A stretch of DNA of 64,000 bases from Mytilus californianus (lineage: Eukaryota). The notes under the pieces were generated by a model. It had not been told where the DNA came from. It ran no database searches and worked only from the letters and a program-made list of their open reading frames with translations. The stretch lies in the NCBI RefSeq assembly GCF_021869535.1, contig NW_026262581.1, positions 136,400,001-136,464,000 on the forward strand. The letters run 5' to 3'. How positions within the stretch are numbered: position 1 is the first letter of the stretch; each line of letters starts with the position of its first letter. Positions 1-13,480 of the stretch are shown here, in pieces. A program made the position numbers and the translations under genes.

Positions 1-110
1 CGCTGGACACAGGGCAGGCGGTGTTGTCTTGATATCCCAATTGCATGAGTTCGAATCCCGGCAAGGGAAGAACAAAAATTTGCAGATTTAACATGGTTGT
101 GCTGATATTT
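1..110 (+). mobile_element. tRNA-derived SINE head fragment (truncated at window edge)
   Basis: Pol III B-box-like GAGTTCGAATCCC at about 47-59 followed by GGGAAGAACAAAAATTTG; no cloverleaf can be built. Confidence 0.55.
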
Positions 111-1188
111 AGAGTAATTATGTATATACATTATATATTATCATATATATATATTAAGTTCCAAAAAAAAATCAACCCAACAATGTTCAGAGAAGATTTG
201 ATTCTTTCAATACTTCTTCCCTGAGTGGGGCTGGAACCTGTTCTTTTCATTTCTTACTTCTACAACACCGCCTAGCATTGCGCAGATGCCTTATCATCTT
301 TTTTCATCATCATTATTTTAGTTGATAAAAATCAGCTTTCGATGGTTTATGGAGGTGTTAATATTTATATATGCATTTCCCTAGTCTAATATGTATTATA
401 CTGTGTTTTAAGTAGTTGATTGAAAAGATCGTTTACGCTGATCATAATTCTAAATCTGCACATTACTGTCTTTACAAAAAGTGTTTGATTTGATATATGA
501 TGGTGGCTTCACAATCACAGCCAAGACCTTTTTTCCAGGAAGAAAATAGATGACATTTGAAAATAGATGACAACTGAAAAAAGTTTGACTGCCATTATGA
601 TCAGGTTAACTCAAAGCAATAGTTAAAACAACAAACGACTTTTTTTGTTTCCTATTTAGTAAAATGAAACAGGAAGCAAAACCATGTGCCTGAAAATTAG
701 GGACTGTTTACATTTTGTTTAGACTTTTCGTACTTCTTTATGACAACCAGAGTGCAACAGACACGAGCTTTGTTTTGGTTGGGGGAAGAGTTCTACACAA
801 TTTTAGTACGAAAATCTTAATCGATGACACATGAACCTACCCATCCATGTTAAATTTTAGATTTTCACGCTTTCTTTATTTCATTCAGGTTCAAAATGGC
901 GGTAAAAGTTTTTACATTATTTTCGTATCTAAAGATAAATCATTGTAGTTATGCATAACAAACTGTTTGCAAATTGGAAATAATTATGAAAATTGATGGC
1001 ATAATTACTTTATTAATTAGATTATTGGATTCAACCTCCAAAAACAATCTTAATGCACGATAAACTGGTTTCAGACCATAAGCGGCAAGGAACAGAGGTA
1101 GAGTAATTGGAACCAGTTGAAAACTATTTTACTTCCGTTTTCAGTTTCCAACCAAGCTATCACACGTCAACCTTATTTTCATGTTGAA

Positions 1189-4100
1189 ATGTCTTTACTT
1201 TTGTTAAGCTTCGTTATCTATTCGTGTGCTAATGGTATGGAAACAATTGTTAAAACGAAGCATTTTGACATTCCATCACAAGAAACTCCTTTGCCGCCAA
1301 ATGAGAAGTTTTTGGACATTTTTCCACTAACACTGGATAACTTTACAGAGAGTGTTTTGAAAAACAAGGATCCCTGGGTAGTGATTTTCCACGAAGGGTC
1401 GATTCCAAGAGCATGGAAGACAATGGCAGCATCTTTGAGAGGATCAGCTTGGTTTGGAATGGTTGATATCAAATCTGAAGAAAAGCTTGTAAAGAAAATA
1501 GTATGTTCACTACAGTGGTTTAAGCTGAGTCTACTATAAAGGGGTTTGATCCTGGATCCCGCTTATTTTTTTTGTCAGATTCCTGTATCCTGCTCATTTT
1601 TTTAGTTTCCCATTTCCCGCTTATTACTTTTGTCATTTCAAAAGTCACCTCACATGCAAATACATGTATGAAGCTAACATTCATTGACATTGGTAAGCCC
1701 CTGTTAGAGGTTAGGAATGTCCCTTATCTCCAAGCGTCAAACTTCGTTTTCCACTACTGTTAGCGTCAAATGAGCCTTAATTTTTTATCGTCTTTCGTCA
1801 AATTGAGTGAAACCTTTATCGTAAACGTTATTTTAACAAATATTTTACCATCATTCGTCATGTGGGTTACCACATTCCTACCCTCCTGTTACACTGTTTG
1901 ACTTATTAATTAGATAAAAAATTTGGCGTTGAAAACATGGCTAGATCATGTACATCGGCAAGAGCAGGAATAATCTAATTACAGAATTTTGGTCCCTCCT
2001 TTTGCAGTCTTAATGTTCAACCACAGGCCCAACATCCTGCCCGACTTCGTTTCCCGTTTTCACATACAATAATTTGAATTTCACATGTAACGCTTACTTA
2101 AAAATGACCAATCCTGCATCATTCTATTGCTAAGACTCTAATGAGACCCACCGATAACAGTTAATATAGATTGAATTTGAGCCATATCTACATTTGTAAA
2201 TGAACAAAGACTTATAATCTCTAAATTTTGACTAAGTGCACTTAAATTAGAAAAAGAAGCTGAACGATACATAAATTTAAATGTGAATGGTAGAAAATGT
2301 CTGTTTTGTAAAAATTACATTGAAGATGAAATATACTTTTTACTTATTTGTCCAAAATATGAAGAAGAGCACAAGCAAGTTTTGTTTATCGTCATTTTGC
2401 CTAGTTTCTTCTGTTACCTATTTTAACATTGGACTTGGACTTCTTTTTAACTGAATTTTACTGTGCGTATCAGGCTTAAATTAAAATATTGTTTGTTTGC
2501 AGTTTACCGACCGACCTTCGAAAATCCGCCCGACTGTGAACATTTTATTGCTTTTAATTTGAAGAAATTATTTTTAATACTTCTACTGACCCGATCCGGA
2601 ATTTCGGGTCGTTTCCGGAATTGATTTCGAGTCTAGGTCAATTACATGTTTGAAGACCGGTTTTTCTTCCCTTCCTGTCAAGCGTTCATCGGACCCTTAA
2701 ATGGTAAAGCACATGGAGATTGTCTACAGGTATCCACGAAGTTTCTATTTCTACCAGTTAGTGACCGCCGTCATCATGTTGACTATTCTGTCACTTTTGG
2801 GTGTGCGCAAATATAATTTTGATTAAAGTAACAAACAAAAAAGGTGCTATACAAATATTTAACAGTGGGGATTAAAAACAAGGGCTTTTGATTTATTTGT
2901 TTGTCAGGAGCCTCTTGAACGATTCAAGGCTGCTGACAGATGTAACTGAGGAGGGTAAGGCATTCCAATTCCTGATGGTCCTCGGGTAGAATGACTCTTT
3001 CCTTGTTGTGTTACATTGTGGGATCTGAAAAGAGTTTGTGCCCATATTTCTTGAGATCCTGTCCGGTGGAACGAGTTTGTGGCTTGCTGCAACGTTGACC
3101 TCCTGATTGTTGATCTTATACAGCATTGATAGTCGTGCGCTTCTCCTTCTATCTTCTAGTGGTGTCCACTTTAGTTGTTCCAACACATCAGTAACGGATG
3201 ATCTGTTACTGTACCGGTTTGTTACATATCTGGCCGATCTCCTTTGTACCATTTCTAACTTGTGTTTATCTTTTTGGAGGTATGGATCCCATAGAGAGCT
3301 GGCATACTCGACTGTTGGTCTAACGAGGGAGATGTAGGCCTTTTCTTTGATATCGCTGTTAGAGATATTGAGGTTTCTTTTGAGAAATCCGATGGTTTTA
3401 TTTGCCTTGGCACAGATGTTTCCGATATGTTTTTCCCATTTAAGGTCTGATGTTATAGTTACTCCTAAGTATTTTGCAGATGTTACGTGCTCCAAAGTGT
3501 GGCTATGTAAACGGTAATCCTTTATAATAGGTGTTCTGTTCTTTGTTACTGATAATACCTGACATTTATCTGGATGGAATTGCATCATCCATTTTTCTTC
3601 CCAGACAGCCAACTTGTCTAAATCTTCCTGGAGGGTATTATCATCTGATGTTACTGTGATGTATGCAATGGTGTCATCTGCAAATAGCCTCACAGTTGAT
3701 TTAATATTTTCTGGCATGTCGTTTATATAGAAGAGGAAGAGGCTGGGTCCTAGCACAGATCCTTGTGGTACCCCAGACTCTACATCGATGGAGTCAGATG
3801 TTTCCCCTTCTATTAGTACTCGTTGGGTTCTCTCAGATAGGAAGCTTTTAATCCAGTCGTTTGTTTTTCCTCTTATTCCATAGTGTTGAAGTTTGTGTGT
3901 TAGTAGACTATGGCCGACCTTGTCAAATGCCTTCGAAAAGTCCATGATTAGGCAGTCTGTTTGTTGGCCACTATCAAGGTTTTTGGTGATGTCGTCGATG
4001 AATTCTATCAGCTGGGTTTCACATGATAGTTTCTTCCGAAGTCATAGAGGAGTACCTTATTCTGTCGTCTTCTGTCAATTTTAAGACAAATAATACACAG

Positions 4101-7100
4101 AAAAGTTTCATAGTAAACTGTTTATACTGATTCAGGAAGAATTGCACACGGAATGATGTCTTCGATGATATCATTGACGATGATGCAGCGAATATTCATA
4201 AAACCGACACGATAACCGTTTCTGTCTCAAACAAATCGGATACAGAATCTTTTGAGACTGACTTTATGGAACCAATTTCAGTGGTTCAACAATTCGACAG
4301 CAGCCTGAAGTATGCCATATTTTCTTTAAATCGTTGTGAAGACGACAAAGATGAAACCACTCCTCCGTGACTTCATGGATACCTGTAAACACGCCTGTAC
4401 GGTGGAAGGACGCATTTGAAATGTTTGAAGCCACACAAACTACACAAAGATGTAGAGAAAATGAATGGTTGGCTTGAGAAATAAATATATTCTCTCTCTA
4501 TCAAATCTATCTTCGATTGCAATGAGTATGCTCCTTTATGATAAGGGGGGCTGTCCCACTCATTGCAATTATTCTCTCTCTTGCAATATTAATTATACCC
4601 AAACTGTGTGAATTGAATTGAAATATGTCCTTAGCTAGGAGCTATTCTGCCAACTTTTTTATGCAGTCAAAACATTTCAGTACAGAACATTTACTTTTAA
4701 TGGGGTGCTATTGATTTCACCCCAAAGCTTGTCTGTAAATTTTTGTTTGTTTTAATTAAAGCCTGGCATCAACATACCTTTCCAAATATAACCTTTATAA
4801 CAGTCAGATGTCTAATATATTTTTTTTAAGTTGTCTTTTTTTTCAATTGAGGAAGATTCAATTGTTGATTTTTTTTAACACACTCCTAAATTGTCTTTTG
4901 AATCTTTAATATCTACATTTTTCTGATGCAAATACTCTACTCATGAAAACATTCTAGTAAAGATGCATATATGTCAGTGAATATGTTTCTTTACAACAAT
5001 TCTAGTCATTCCTTGTTTATAAGTGTTCCAGTATTTCATAATACCATAAATTTATGTCATAAATTGTATAATGACACCATGTTAAGTTTCAGTTTTGGTT
5101 AAAAAGGTGTTTACCTGAAAATGCCTGTTCATTTCATGTTGGTTTTCAGTGTTTGTTGTTTTGAAATGTTTTTTTCTTAACAAGAAACTTGGTTTGTGTT
5201 AAACTGCTTGTTTAAACTTTATTCTGGCTGATAAAATAAAATATTTTTCCTACCTACCGACCCTGCAGTCTGAAGGTACAGTCGGAAAACTGCAAACAAA
5301 CATATTTTTAAGGTTGGCCTCACTGTGTTTGTTTATTCTACATTGGCTAGAGGTATAGGGGAGGGTCGAGATCATACATAATATGTATGTATTTAGAACA
5401 AAGGGTGCCAAATATAAAAGCAGTAGCTGATGAGTCTAAATTTGTCTGGCTTATGAGCTCTGAGGATCCGAAGATTGTTAAACTTTTAAATGAAAATCTT
5501 GTCTTACTATTTCAATTCCTAAAAGTACAATGTATTGTAGTCTATTGATAGATTACAGTAATATTCCTTTAATGGCTTTATTACAAAATAGAAGTGACAG
5601 GTGGGTTTGGTGGCTTGTCGGTATTATGGAACTGGGTTACTGTACCTAATATATTCAAGAATGTACATGTACCAGCTGCTTTTTATTGCAGGTTTTAATT
5701 GAATGGTTTGATTTTGATTTGGTTTTGGTTTTTTTAATCATTGTACATGTATATAAAATAAAATGTAATGTAATTATTCAGCTCAGCTTTGGGACTGTGG
5801 TTTTCTATATTATACTTGTCTAGTAGTCACAGGTTAAATATAAGAGTTTGAAGCTTGTTTTTTTTTTTTGGGGGGGGGGGGGGGTATAAAAATGTGCTCA
5901 AGGTCAACCCTTTTACAACCCTCTCAGAAAACAAAAAAGCAGCATTCTATTTTGATAACTATATTTTAAAGATATATACATTGTATGGAGCAGTCCGATG
6001 TATCGACACACTTAAGACTTTAGGCTACACTTTGGTAAGGACAGGTAAACTCGTGCAACCAATAACAGATAATATCTTGGGAAAATTTTTAAAATTCAGG
6101 ACATACTTAAATTTCATGAAATCTTATTTAGGTATTATACTATAATTTCTTGAGACTTTGTGTAATGTGTGTCCAAAATAAGGAAATCTCAGTTTTGACA
6201 GTTCTTCATTATAAATTATTTCAGAAATATGAAAATGGTACAGATAATCTAGCTCGTGTTTATCCGTATGGTTTACCAGCAAAGAAAAAAGACAGTTGGA
6301 AGTATGTGAAAAATGCAGAACAAGCAAGATTAGCTGTAATTGAATGTATACCAGATACTTCATTAAAGATCAAAGGTCGGGATGTCCAAGATTTCTTGTT
6401 TGAGAGTTTTGCAACAAACCCTTCAAGATTTCCAGCAGTATTTTTCACAAGTAAGCATACATTGTAATTCAACTAATATTCAAAATTGTCTGTAGTGAAT
6501 GAACAGTATGTATAGTCAACAAGATCTTGCTTTTGTTAAACATATTTTCTACAGAACTTAATACCATGACTAAGATTTAAAGGGAAAGTGCAGAGTGCTA
6601 AAAAACTGCAGTTTAACTTTTCCACATGTTCATGTGTTGTCTTTATTCATATCTTACTATTTTTTGTTCTTTATGGAATCTTTTTTTGATAGCAGGACTT
6701 TGATAGTCTCTGTTGATTTATTCACAAGTTACTGGACTTGATACATGTGATTTACAGTTTGACATAATGTATCCAAAGACATTTAATTATTTATATACTG
6801 CACTCGTTCTATTTGAGCAGTCGAAATGCGTTGACTGTATATTTCTATGTCATATACAGTCACTGACCCGATATCACCTTTCCTCATGAATATTTAAATA
6901 GTAGTTGCCGGAACTATATTGAATTATTCATGACGACTTCTTCAACCTGTCTTTGTTTCCAATGTAAACAACGAAGCGTGTAAAGACTCACACTTATTTC
7001 TTTTACAATTGTTGGAAAAACATATTTCACTTGTTAATATTTTTGTTTAAAACCTATGAATCATTATGTTTTATGCTTATTGTTGATATTTTAGTCCATA

Positions 7101-8340
7101 CTCAAACGAATTCGTTCACCATCGGATTGGTTTCAACAGATCACATTTTATTGTGTTATAATATTACTCCGCCAGATATGAGGCCTTTTTAAAGGGGAAT
7201 TTTTTCAAATATTTAAATCAAATAAATAAAAATAACACAATAAACAACAATTGAGAAAGTTTTTTTCCAGATTGCAGTATAAAGACAATAATAGTGTATT
7301 GACTTGACATATCAACAATATAAGGATTCGGCCCGAAACAGGGAAAAAGCTCGACAGAGCCTCGCATTTCCCCGTTTCTAAGCCTCATATATAATAACCG
7401 AAGACGTAATACATGTATCTGTACTTTGCCTCGTGTTGAAGACGGTACTTTGATCTATAATGGTTTACTTTTATAAATTTGGACTCGGATGGAGAGTTGT
7501 CTCATTTGCACTCATACCACATTTTCTTATATCTATTTGCCACATTTACAAATCTTAAAATATCCCTAATTATTATATAAAGTTACTTGAAACAAGACTC
7601 TGCATGTTGAAAAACCTGAGAAACAGTTCTTTGGATGGGAACAATGGATACCTTTTTCTGAATTTTTATTTATGACCCTTGTTTTGAAGTAGCAGCCCAA
7701 ATTATCTCCCCTTCCCCATGTCAACTAAATTTTCAGATCATGTAGTATTTACCACAAAAACAAGATGTAAAGAAACCTACAAGTTACAACCAACAATACA
7801 CTTATTAGGCACAGTGGTCTACTTACACAGAGATATCAATATTAATATCTATTTTCAGATGAAGAAGAATCACCATCTTTTATCCGAGCAATTTTTGTGC
7901 GATTTCAGAAATATTTCAACTTTGCAAGATTTGTTTTGCCAACTATTGAAGACATGAGAGCCATTGGACTACAAGAAGAGATTGTTGACCTTCCTTCATT
8001 GTATATTTTAGTAACTCCAGATGCAGGTCCCACCGACAGAATAAATTTTAATGCTATAGAATATAGACCACAAATAATGGGATCAATGAATTATCCTAAT
8101 GTTTTACAGTTTTTGTTTATGGTTAATCATCAGTTTAGACATCAATTACAAGGGGATAATAAGTCTACTAATCTTACTATCATGAACATGCAAGATGTTG
8201 TGGAAATTGAACAAAAAAGATTTGAAATTATGATAAAAGGTAGAAAACAGACTGTAGCCCCAAAGAAGGTAGAAAAAGTTAAGGTACCAGATATCGAAAA
8301 AACTGCCACACAACATAATGGTATAAAAGATGAGTTGTAA
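1189..8340 (+). CDS. ER-lumen thioredoxin-fold (PDI-like) protein, no CXXC, C-terminal KDEL; exons 1189-1500, 6225-6450, 7859-8340; 339 aa
   Basis: Signal-peptide-like MSLLLLSFVIYSCANG; PDI a-domain-like LTLDNFTESVLKNKDPWVVIFH; junctions ATA|gtatgt, tttcag|AAA, ACAA|gtaagc, tttcag|AT give phases 0 and 1 that join without stops (1020 nt); ends HNGIKDEL-stop; AATAAA near 8470. Confidence 0.85.
2170..2400 (+). mobile_element. Degraded non-LTR retrotransposon ORF2 C-terminal remnant
   Basis: Interrupted translation LSALKLEKEAERY..RKCLFCKNYIEDEIYFLLICPKYEE resembles the Cys-rich C-terminus of LINE ORF2. Confidence 0.55.
2473..5319. mobile_element. Non-autonomous PIF/Harbinger-like TIR element with nested LINE
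   Basis: GGC...GCC termini, TCA on both flanks (2470-2472, 5320-5322), imperfect TIR sharing AAAATA(T)TGTTTGTTTGCAGTTT(A/T)CCGAC. Confidence 0.65.
2893..4040 (-). mobile_element. 5'-truncated LINE (CR1/L2-group) reverse transcriptase fragment
   Basis: 350-aa open ORF with DFSKAFDKV, GVPQGSVLGP, LFADD, KYLGV, SFYPRTIRNWNALP; frame extends upstream (LRKKLSCETQLIEF) to about 4040. Confidence 0.93.
6780..7400. mobile_element. Unclassified dispersed repeat with internal inverted segments
   Basis: TTATACTGCA near 6792 pairs with TGCAGTATAA near 7272; non-coding and GC-richer than its flanks. Confidence 0.3.
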
Positions 8341-10614
8341 GTCTGCAAAATGCTAATGTTATTCTCCGTAAATATTTGGTGTTGATAAAAATGTGGTGAT
8401 TTTGAAGTCAATGATAATGATTCTTGAAAGTGTAATGTTATGATGATGCAACATTAAACATAATAATACAATAAACTTGGAGACGGTTAGTTCCAAAGCA
8501 AACTCAAACTTACTTGAAAATTTGTTTAAAAAAAACCCACCAGTTTTAAGTGCAGTTTTGAGTTAAAGTTTCTTGGGTGTAATCAAGGAATGTTAATACC
8601 TTAAATGTAATTTATGAAGAAACCTTTTTCATAAGTTTATGATTGCAAGGTCTTTAAGCCTGTGCATTAGACTTTTTAGATCAGCTTGTAGTATGATGAA
8701 TGTTGGCCAAAGGAAAGAGGGAACCTATTTTGTATAATTGACGTCAACTACAATTTTCAACCCAAAGCCTTCAAACTCTCAAGAATAACACTCATGTTTG
8801 TTAATGTGAAGTTAACTTTATGTAATTATTTTGGAGAATTTTCGAACATTTTCCAGATGGTCGAACACTACCAATTTCCTGCAACATTCTAGATGGAGGG
8901 TATCTATTTTGTGTAATCTACTATTCAGATTAATTTCTTAAAAAATAGGCAACAAATTTTTTTGAATATTTGGATAAACATCAAAGATGTGCAAGTCACT
9001 TTTTTACACATTTTAAAAATTTGATATTACAGAACTTGGTCAGTTTTCAGCAACTTTGTTTATCATATGGAATGTATATATTTTGGCATATTAACAATTT
9101 TCATACAAGAAGATAAGAAATGTATACACGATATAGTTTGTTCACAGTATAACATTTACTGAGCATTAAATTCATTTTAAAGACAATGTGCCCCTTTCCC
9201 CTTAAATTTCTGCCTAATTACCTTGACAATAGATGTTTTTAGTGTTTTGTTAAACTTTTTTGCCTTGACCACCAGTCAAAGACATTATTACGGATAGTAA
9301 TGCTTAATGTGAAATACATGTATTTATCATTCAGAAGTACAATCAGGAATCTTAATGACACTGTTTAAATGAAATTAATTATTTTCATCTCTACTATTCA
9401 GTATTGTAACCTTCTTCTAGGTTATCAAAAATCCATCAGTTAAAGGGAGACAATTCTATCCAAATAATAGTCCACCTGTAAACTAACTAGAATGTTTGAA
9501 TATGAATTGAAGATGTCCATATCGTTTATGTTCATAATTTTTTTAGTAAGTTATCTTGGAATTCAGTTTACAATTTGTGGTTTCGAGGTTTAGTAAATGG
9601 AACTTTTCAAGACTACTTAAAATTTCTTTCAAGTATCCATTTATTTACCAGTACTTTATACAAAGACTATTTGGTGCTTTAAGTTAATATTTAAATTATT
9701 AAGATTGAATCTTAACAAATTCATTTGAATACAACTAATTATTCAATGCATAATCTAATAAGAAAATTTGTTAAATTTTATACTCCGTCCAATTTTTTTG
9801 TGTTGTATTTTTGTATATTAATAATGTCAACAGAATTTTCTTTATATGCAAATTGTTATTAGTTGTTTTTTTTTATTTTTGTAGAAAATATTTGTTACCG
9901 GAAGGCAATAAACTTGTTACATAATATATATATTTCTAATTTGAATAAAATAATATTTTAATATGTCTTTGTCTTTAAAACAATAGTGTATTTTTCCATC
10001 TATGAGCTTATATATGCAGTATATTGCTGGTTGGTGCATCTATTCAAAACCATGTTTATTCATAAAGGAGGAGCTGTGCATAGTAAATTGAGGTATTTCA
10101 AAATCAAAATCCTAATTTGGTGTAAAGATAATTGATTAGTATGAGCAAAGTTTAAAAATTTTAGAAATATCATGAATACTGAGGTTTGATGGTTGAAAGA
10201 TAGCACAACACAAATTTTTCTACAAAAAAAAAAATGGCACATTTTCACGCATATATGTGAGTGGCAAATATTAAGCACGTGAAAGTAAAACAAAATATTA
10301 ACATGAAATTGCATTTATTGTGACGTCGCATGTCAAAAACTACCTTTAAAAAAATCAAAAAGATGTGGTATCGTTACCAATGAGAAAACTTTCCCTTAAA
10401 GTTCAAATGACTTAGAAGTTAGCAATTAACTGTTGGTCTCTGTACAGTTTTCAACATTGAACAAAACCCATGCCACATAGCAAGCTATAAAAGGCCTTGA
10501 CATGACAAATGTAAAACAATTCAAACAAGAAAAGTAACAGCCTAAGTTGTGTACAAAACAATAAACGAAAAACACATTAATATAATTATATACAGCAACA
10601 AACTACAAATTGTT

Positions 10615-10797
10615 TACTGTAAACTCAGAAATTATTGCGTGCGTTTATTATTGCAATAATTGAAGAATAGACAAAAATGTGAGATTAATTATTGCGATTT
10701 CAAGAAAATCTGCATACAGATATATGTATATCGATACCCACTCATTCGCATTATTAGCAATAATAAAAACCTCGCAATAATTTCTGAATTTACAGTA
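10615..10797. mobile_element. Tc1/mariner-type MITE
   Basis: TIR TACTGTAAA(C/T)TCAGAAATTATTGCG at both ends with TA termini; decayed relative at about 32098-32270. Confidence 0.75.
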
Positions 10798-10814
10798 ATT
10801 TATTGTTATCTGAT

Positions 10815-11885
10815 TTTTGTTGAGCCTGCGACTTTTGTAGCAGAAAGCTCTACGTAGGGATAGTGATCCGGCGGCAGCGGCGTCAGATCACTTCTTAAAA
10901 GCTTTATATTTTAGAAGGTGGAAGATTTGGATGCTTCATACTTTGTATATGGATGCCTCATGTTACGAAGTTTCCGTCAATCACATGTCCAATGTCCTTG
11001 ACCTCATTTTCATGGTTCAGTGACAACTTGAAAAAAATTTAAGATTGTTTGTAATGTTAAATTCTCTCTTATTATAAGTAATAGGATAACTATATTTGGT
11101 ATATGCATACCCTGCAAGGTCCTCATGCCTGTCGGACAGTTTTCACTTGACCTTGACCTCATTATATGGATCAGTGAACAAGGTTAAGTTTTGGTATCCA
11201 TATCTCAGATACTATAAGCAATATGTCTGGTATATTCGGTGTATGGAAGGACTGTAAGGTGTACATGTCCAACTGGCAGGTGTCATCTGACCTCGACCTC
11301 ATTTTCATGGTTCAGTGGTTATAGTTAAGTTTTTGTGTTTTGGTCTGTTTTTCTTATACTGTATGCAATAGGTAGAATTTGGTGTATGGAATGATTGTAA
11401 GGTGTACATGTCTAGCTGGCAGGTGTCATCTGACCTTGACCTCTTTCATGGTTCAGTGGTCAAAGTTAAGTTTTTGAATTTTGGTCTTTTTTTCTAATAC
11501 TATATGCAATAGTTCAACTATATTTGGTGTATGGAAATATTTTATGATCTATATGTCAGTCACGCAGGTTTTATTTGACCTTGACCTCATTTTCAAGGTT
11601 CATTGCTCAGTGTTAAGTTTTTGTGTTTTGGTCTGTTTTTCTTAAACTATAAGCAATAGGTCAACTATATTTGTTGTATGGAAGAATTGTTAGCTGTACA
11701 TGCCTGCCTAGCATGGTTCTTCTGACCTTGACCTCATTTTCATGGTTCATTGGTCAATGTTTAGTTTACTTGGTTAATGTTAAGTTTATGTGACAGTTGT
11801 AATAAAGCTTTATATTTAGGACTATCAACATAATATCAATGATTAGTAAAGAAGGCGAGACATTTCAGCGTGTGCACTCTTGTTT
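10815..11885 (+). mobile_element. Non-autonomous Helentron/DINE(pearl)-like element, copy A
   Basis: Starts in a T-run, CGG microsatellite, 6-7 internal tandem units of about 140-147 bp (GACCTTGACCTCATTTTCATGGTTCA), ends GTGTGCACTCTTGTTT; reverse-complement copy at 16625-17693. Confidence 0.7.
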
Positions 11886-12059
11886 AAACAGACATAAATA
11901 GAAATCAAAAATTAAAATAGGGCCCTTATTGCATCTTGTCCTTTGTATTACATTGAATTTGCTTATTCTCTCATCTCTTTTTTGTCTTGCCTGCAAAAAA
12001 AGTTGCAGAATGGGAGACAAGGATTACTATTGGGCAGTGGCAGCTGCAACGTAAACGAT

Positions 12060-13030
12060 TGGTATCAAGCTTTATATTTCAGTAGGTAGAAGACCTGTAT
12101 GCTTCAAACCTTTTTTTTGTCATGTGAATTTCTCATTTATAATGAATAATAGGATAACAATATTTGGTATATGGGTTCTATGGAACATCTACATGTCCGT
12201 CAGACAAAGTTCACCTGACCTCAACCTCATTTCATGGATCAGTGATCAAGATTATTTACATGATTAGGTTCATTTCACAGATACTGTAAGCAGTAGGTCA
12301 ACTATATGTGGTGTATGGAATGATTGTAAAGGGTACATGTCAGTCTGGCAGGTTTAATCTGACCTTGACCTCATTTTCATGGTTCATTGGTCAATGTTAA
12401 GTTTTTGTGTTTGTTTTTTCAAGTATTGTAAGCAATAGGTCAACTACATTTGGTGTATGGAATGATTGTAAGGGGTACATGTCAGTCTGGCAGGTATAAT
12501 TTTACCTTGACCTCAATTTCAAGGTTCATTGTTTTTTGTGTTTTGGTCTGTTTTTCAATTGCCATAAGCAATAGGTTAACTGTATTTGGTATATTGAATA
12601 ATTGTAAGATGTACATGTCTGTCTGACCTTAACCTCATTGCCATGAATATTGAGAATATTTAAAAATGTAAAGTTTATGTGATACTTGTAGTAAAACCTT
12701 TATGTTTAAGACTTCCAAAATAAAATCTATGGTTAGTAAAGCGGTCAATGTAAAGTTTTCATGGTTGGGTCAATTTCATTTCTCAGATACTGTAAGCAAA
12801 AGTTCGACTTTATTTGGTTGTTTGACATATATGTTTGTTTTACCATGTCCTCACTTTCAGTTTATTGGTAAAGGTGGAAACAAAATTTGTGGTTAAATCT
12901 GTTTGTAATATACTATAAGCAAAAGGTCAACTATATTTGGTGGATGGAATGATTGTTAGGTGTACATAGCTGTCTGGCAGGATTCATCTGACCATGACTA
13001 CATTTTCATGGTTCATTGCAATGAGTCAAT
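12060..13030 (+). mobile_element. Degenerate copy of the 10815-11885 family core repeats
   Basis: Repeated GACCTTGACCTCATTTTCATGGTTCA and TTTGGTGTATGGAATGATTGTAAG motifs. Confidence 0.6.
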
Positions 13031-13289
13031 GTTAAGTTTTCATATTTAGTATAAAATAAGGAGATGTGGTATGATTGTCAAAGACCCAACTACCCACCAG
13101 AGACCAAATGACGCAAGTAGCAACTTTAAGTCGCCATACAGCCTTCAACTATGAGCAAAACTTATACAGCACAGCCAGCTATAAAAAGGTCTGTTTCTCT
13201 GATATATTAGCAATATATCAACAACATTTTGGATTACTTTGGTGATCTTCTAAATTCTTGCCTCCAGTGCTTTAGTTCATGGTTACAAT

Positions 13290-13480
13290 CACAGGCAGAG
13301 TCAAACCAAAGGCTTGATGCTTCATTGCTAAGCACACAACAAAAGAGTAAGAGCAGACTGGTAGGCTCAAAGCGAGAATGATGTGTTTGAGAAGGGTAGC
13401 AGGTCTTCATACAGACTGTTACTCTGAACTAGCACATTTAAAATACAGGTCTGTGTGTCAGTCTAGTATGAAATGGGGTT
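13290..13480 (+). mobile_element. Decayed CORE-type SINE fragment
   Basis: GAGTCAAACCAAAG..GCTAAGCACAC..GACTGTT..GAACTAGCAC resembles molluscan CORE-SINE body, recognised from memory. Confidence 0.4.

Noticed and set aside
1-110. tRNA gene
   Set aside because: Only a B-box-like motif and no cloverleaf; the context is SINE-like
890-905. YY1-like AAAATGGCGG promoter motif (also near 40786)
   Set aside because: Short motif that is common in repeats; no independent support
1117-1188. N-terminal extension of the thioredoxin-like ORF
   Set aside because: The track starts at TTG; the first in-frame ATG (1189) directly precedes a signal peptide
5420-5460. CTGATGAG as a hammerhead core (also near 18372, 41175, 49508)
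   Set aside because: No stem II followed by GAAA and a cleavage triplet
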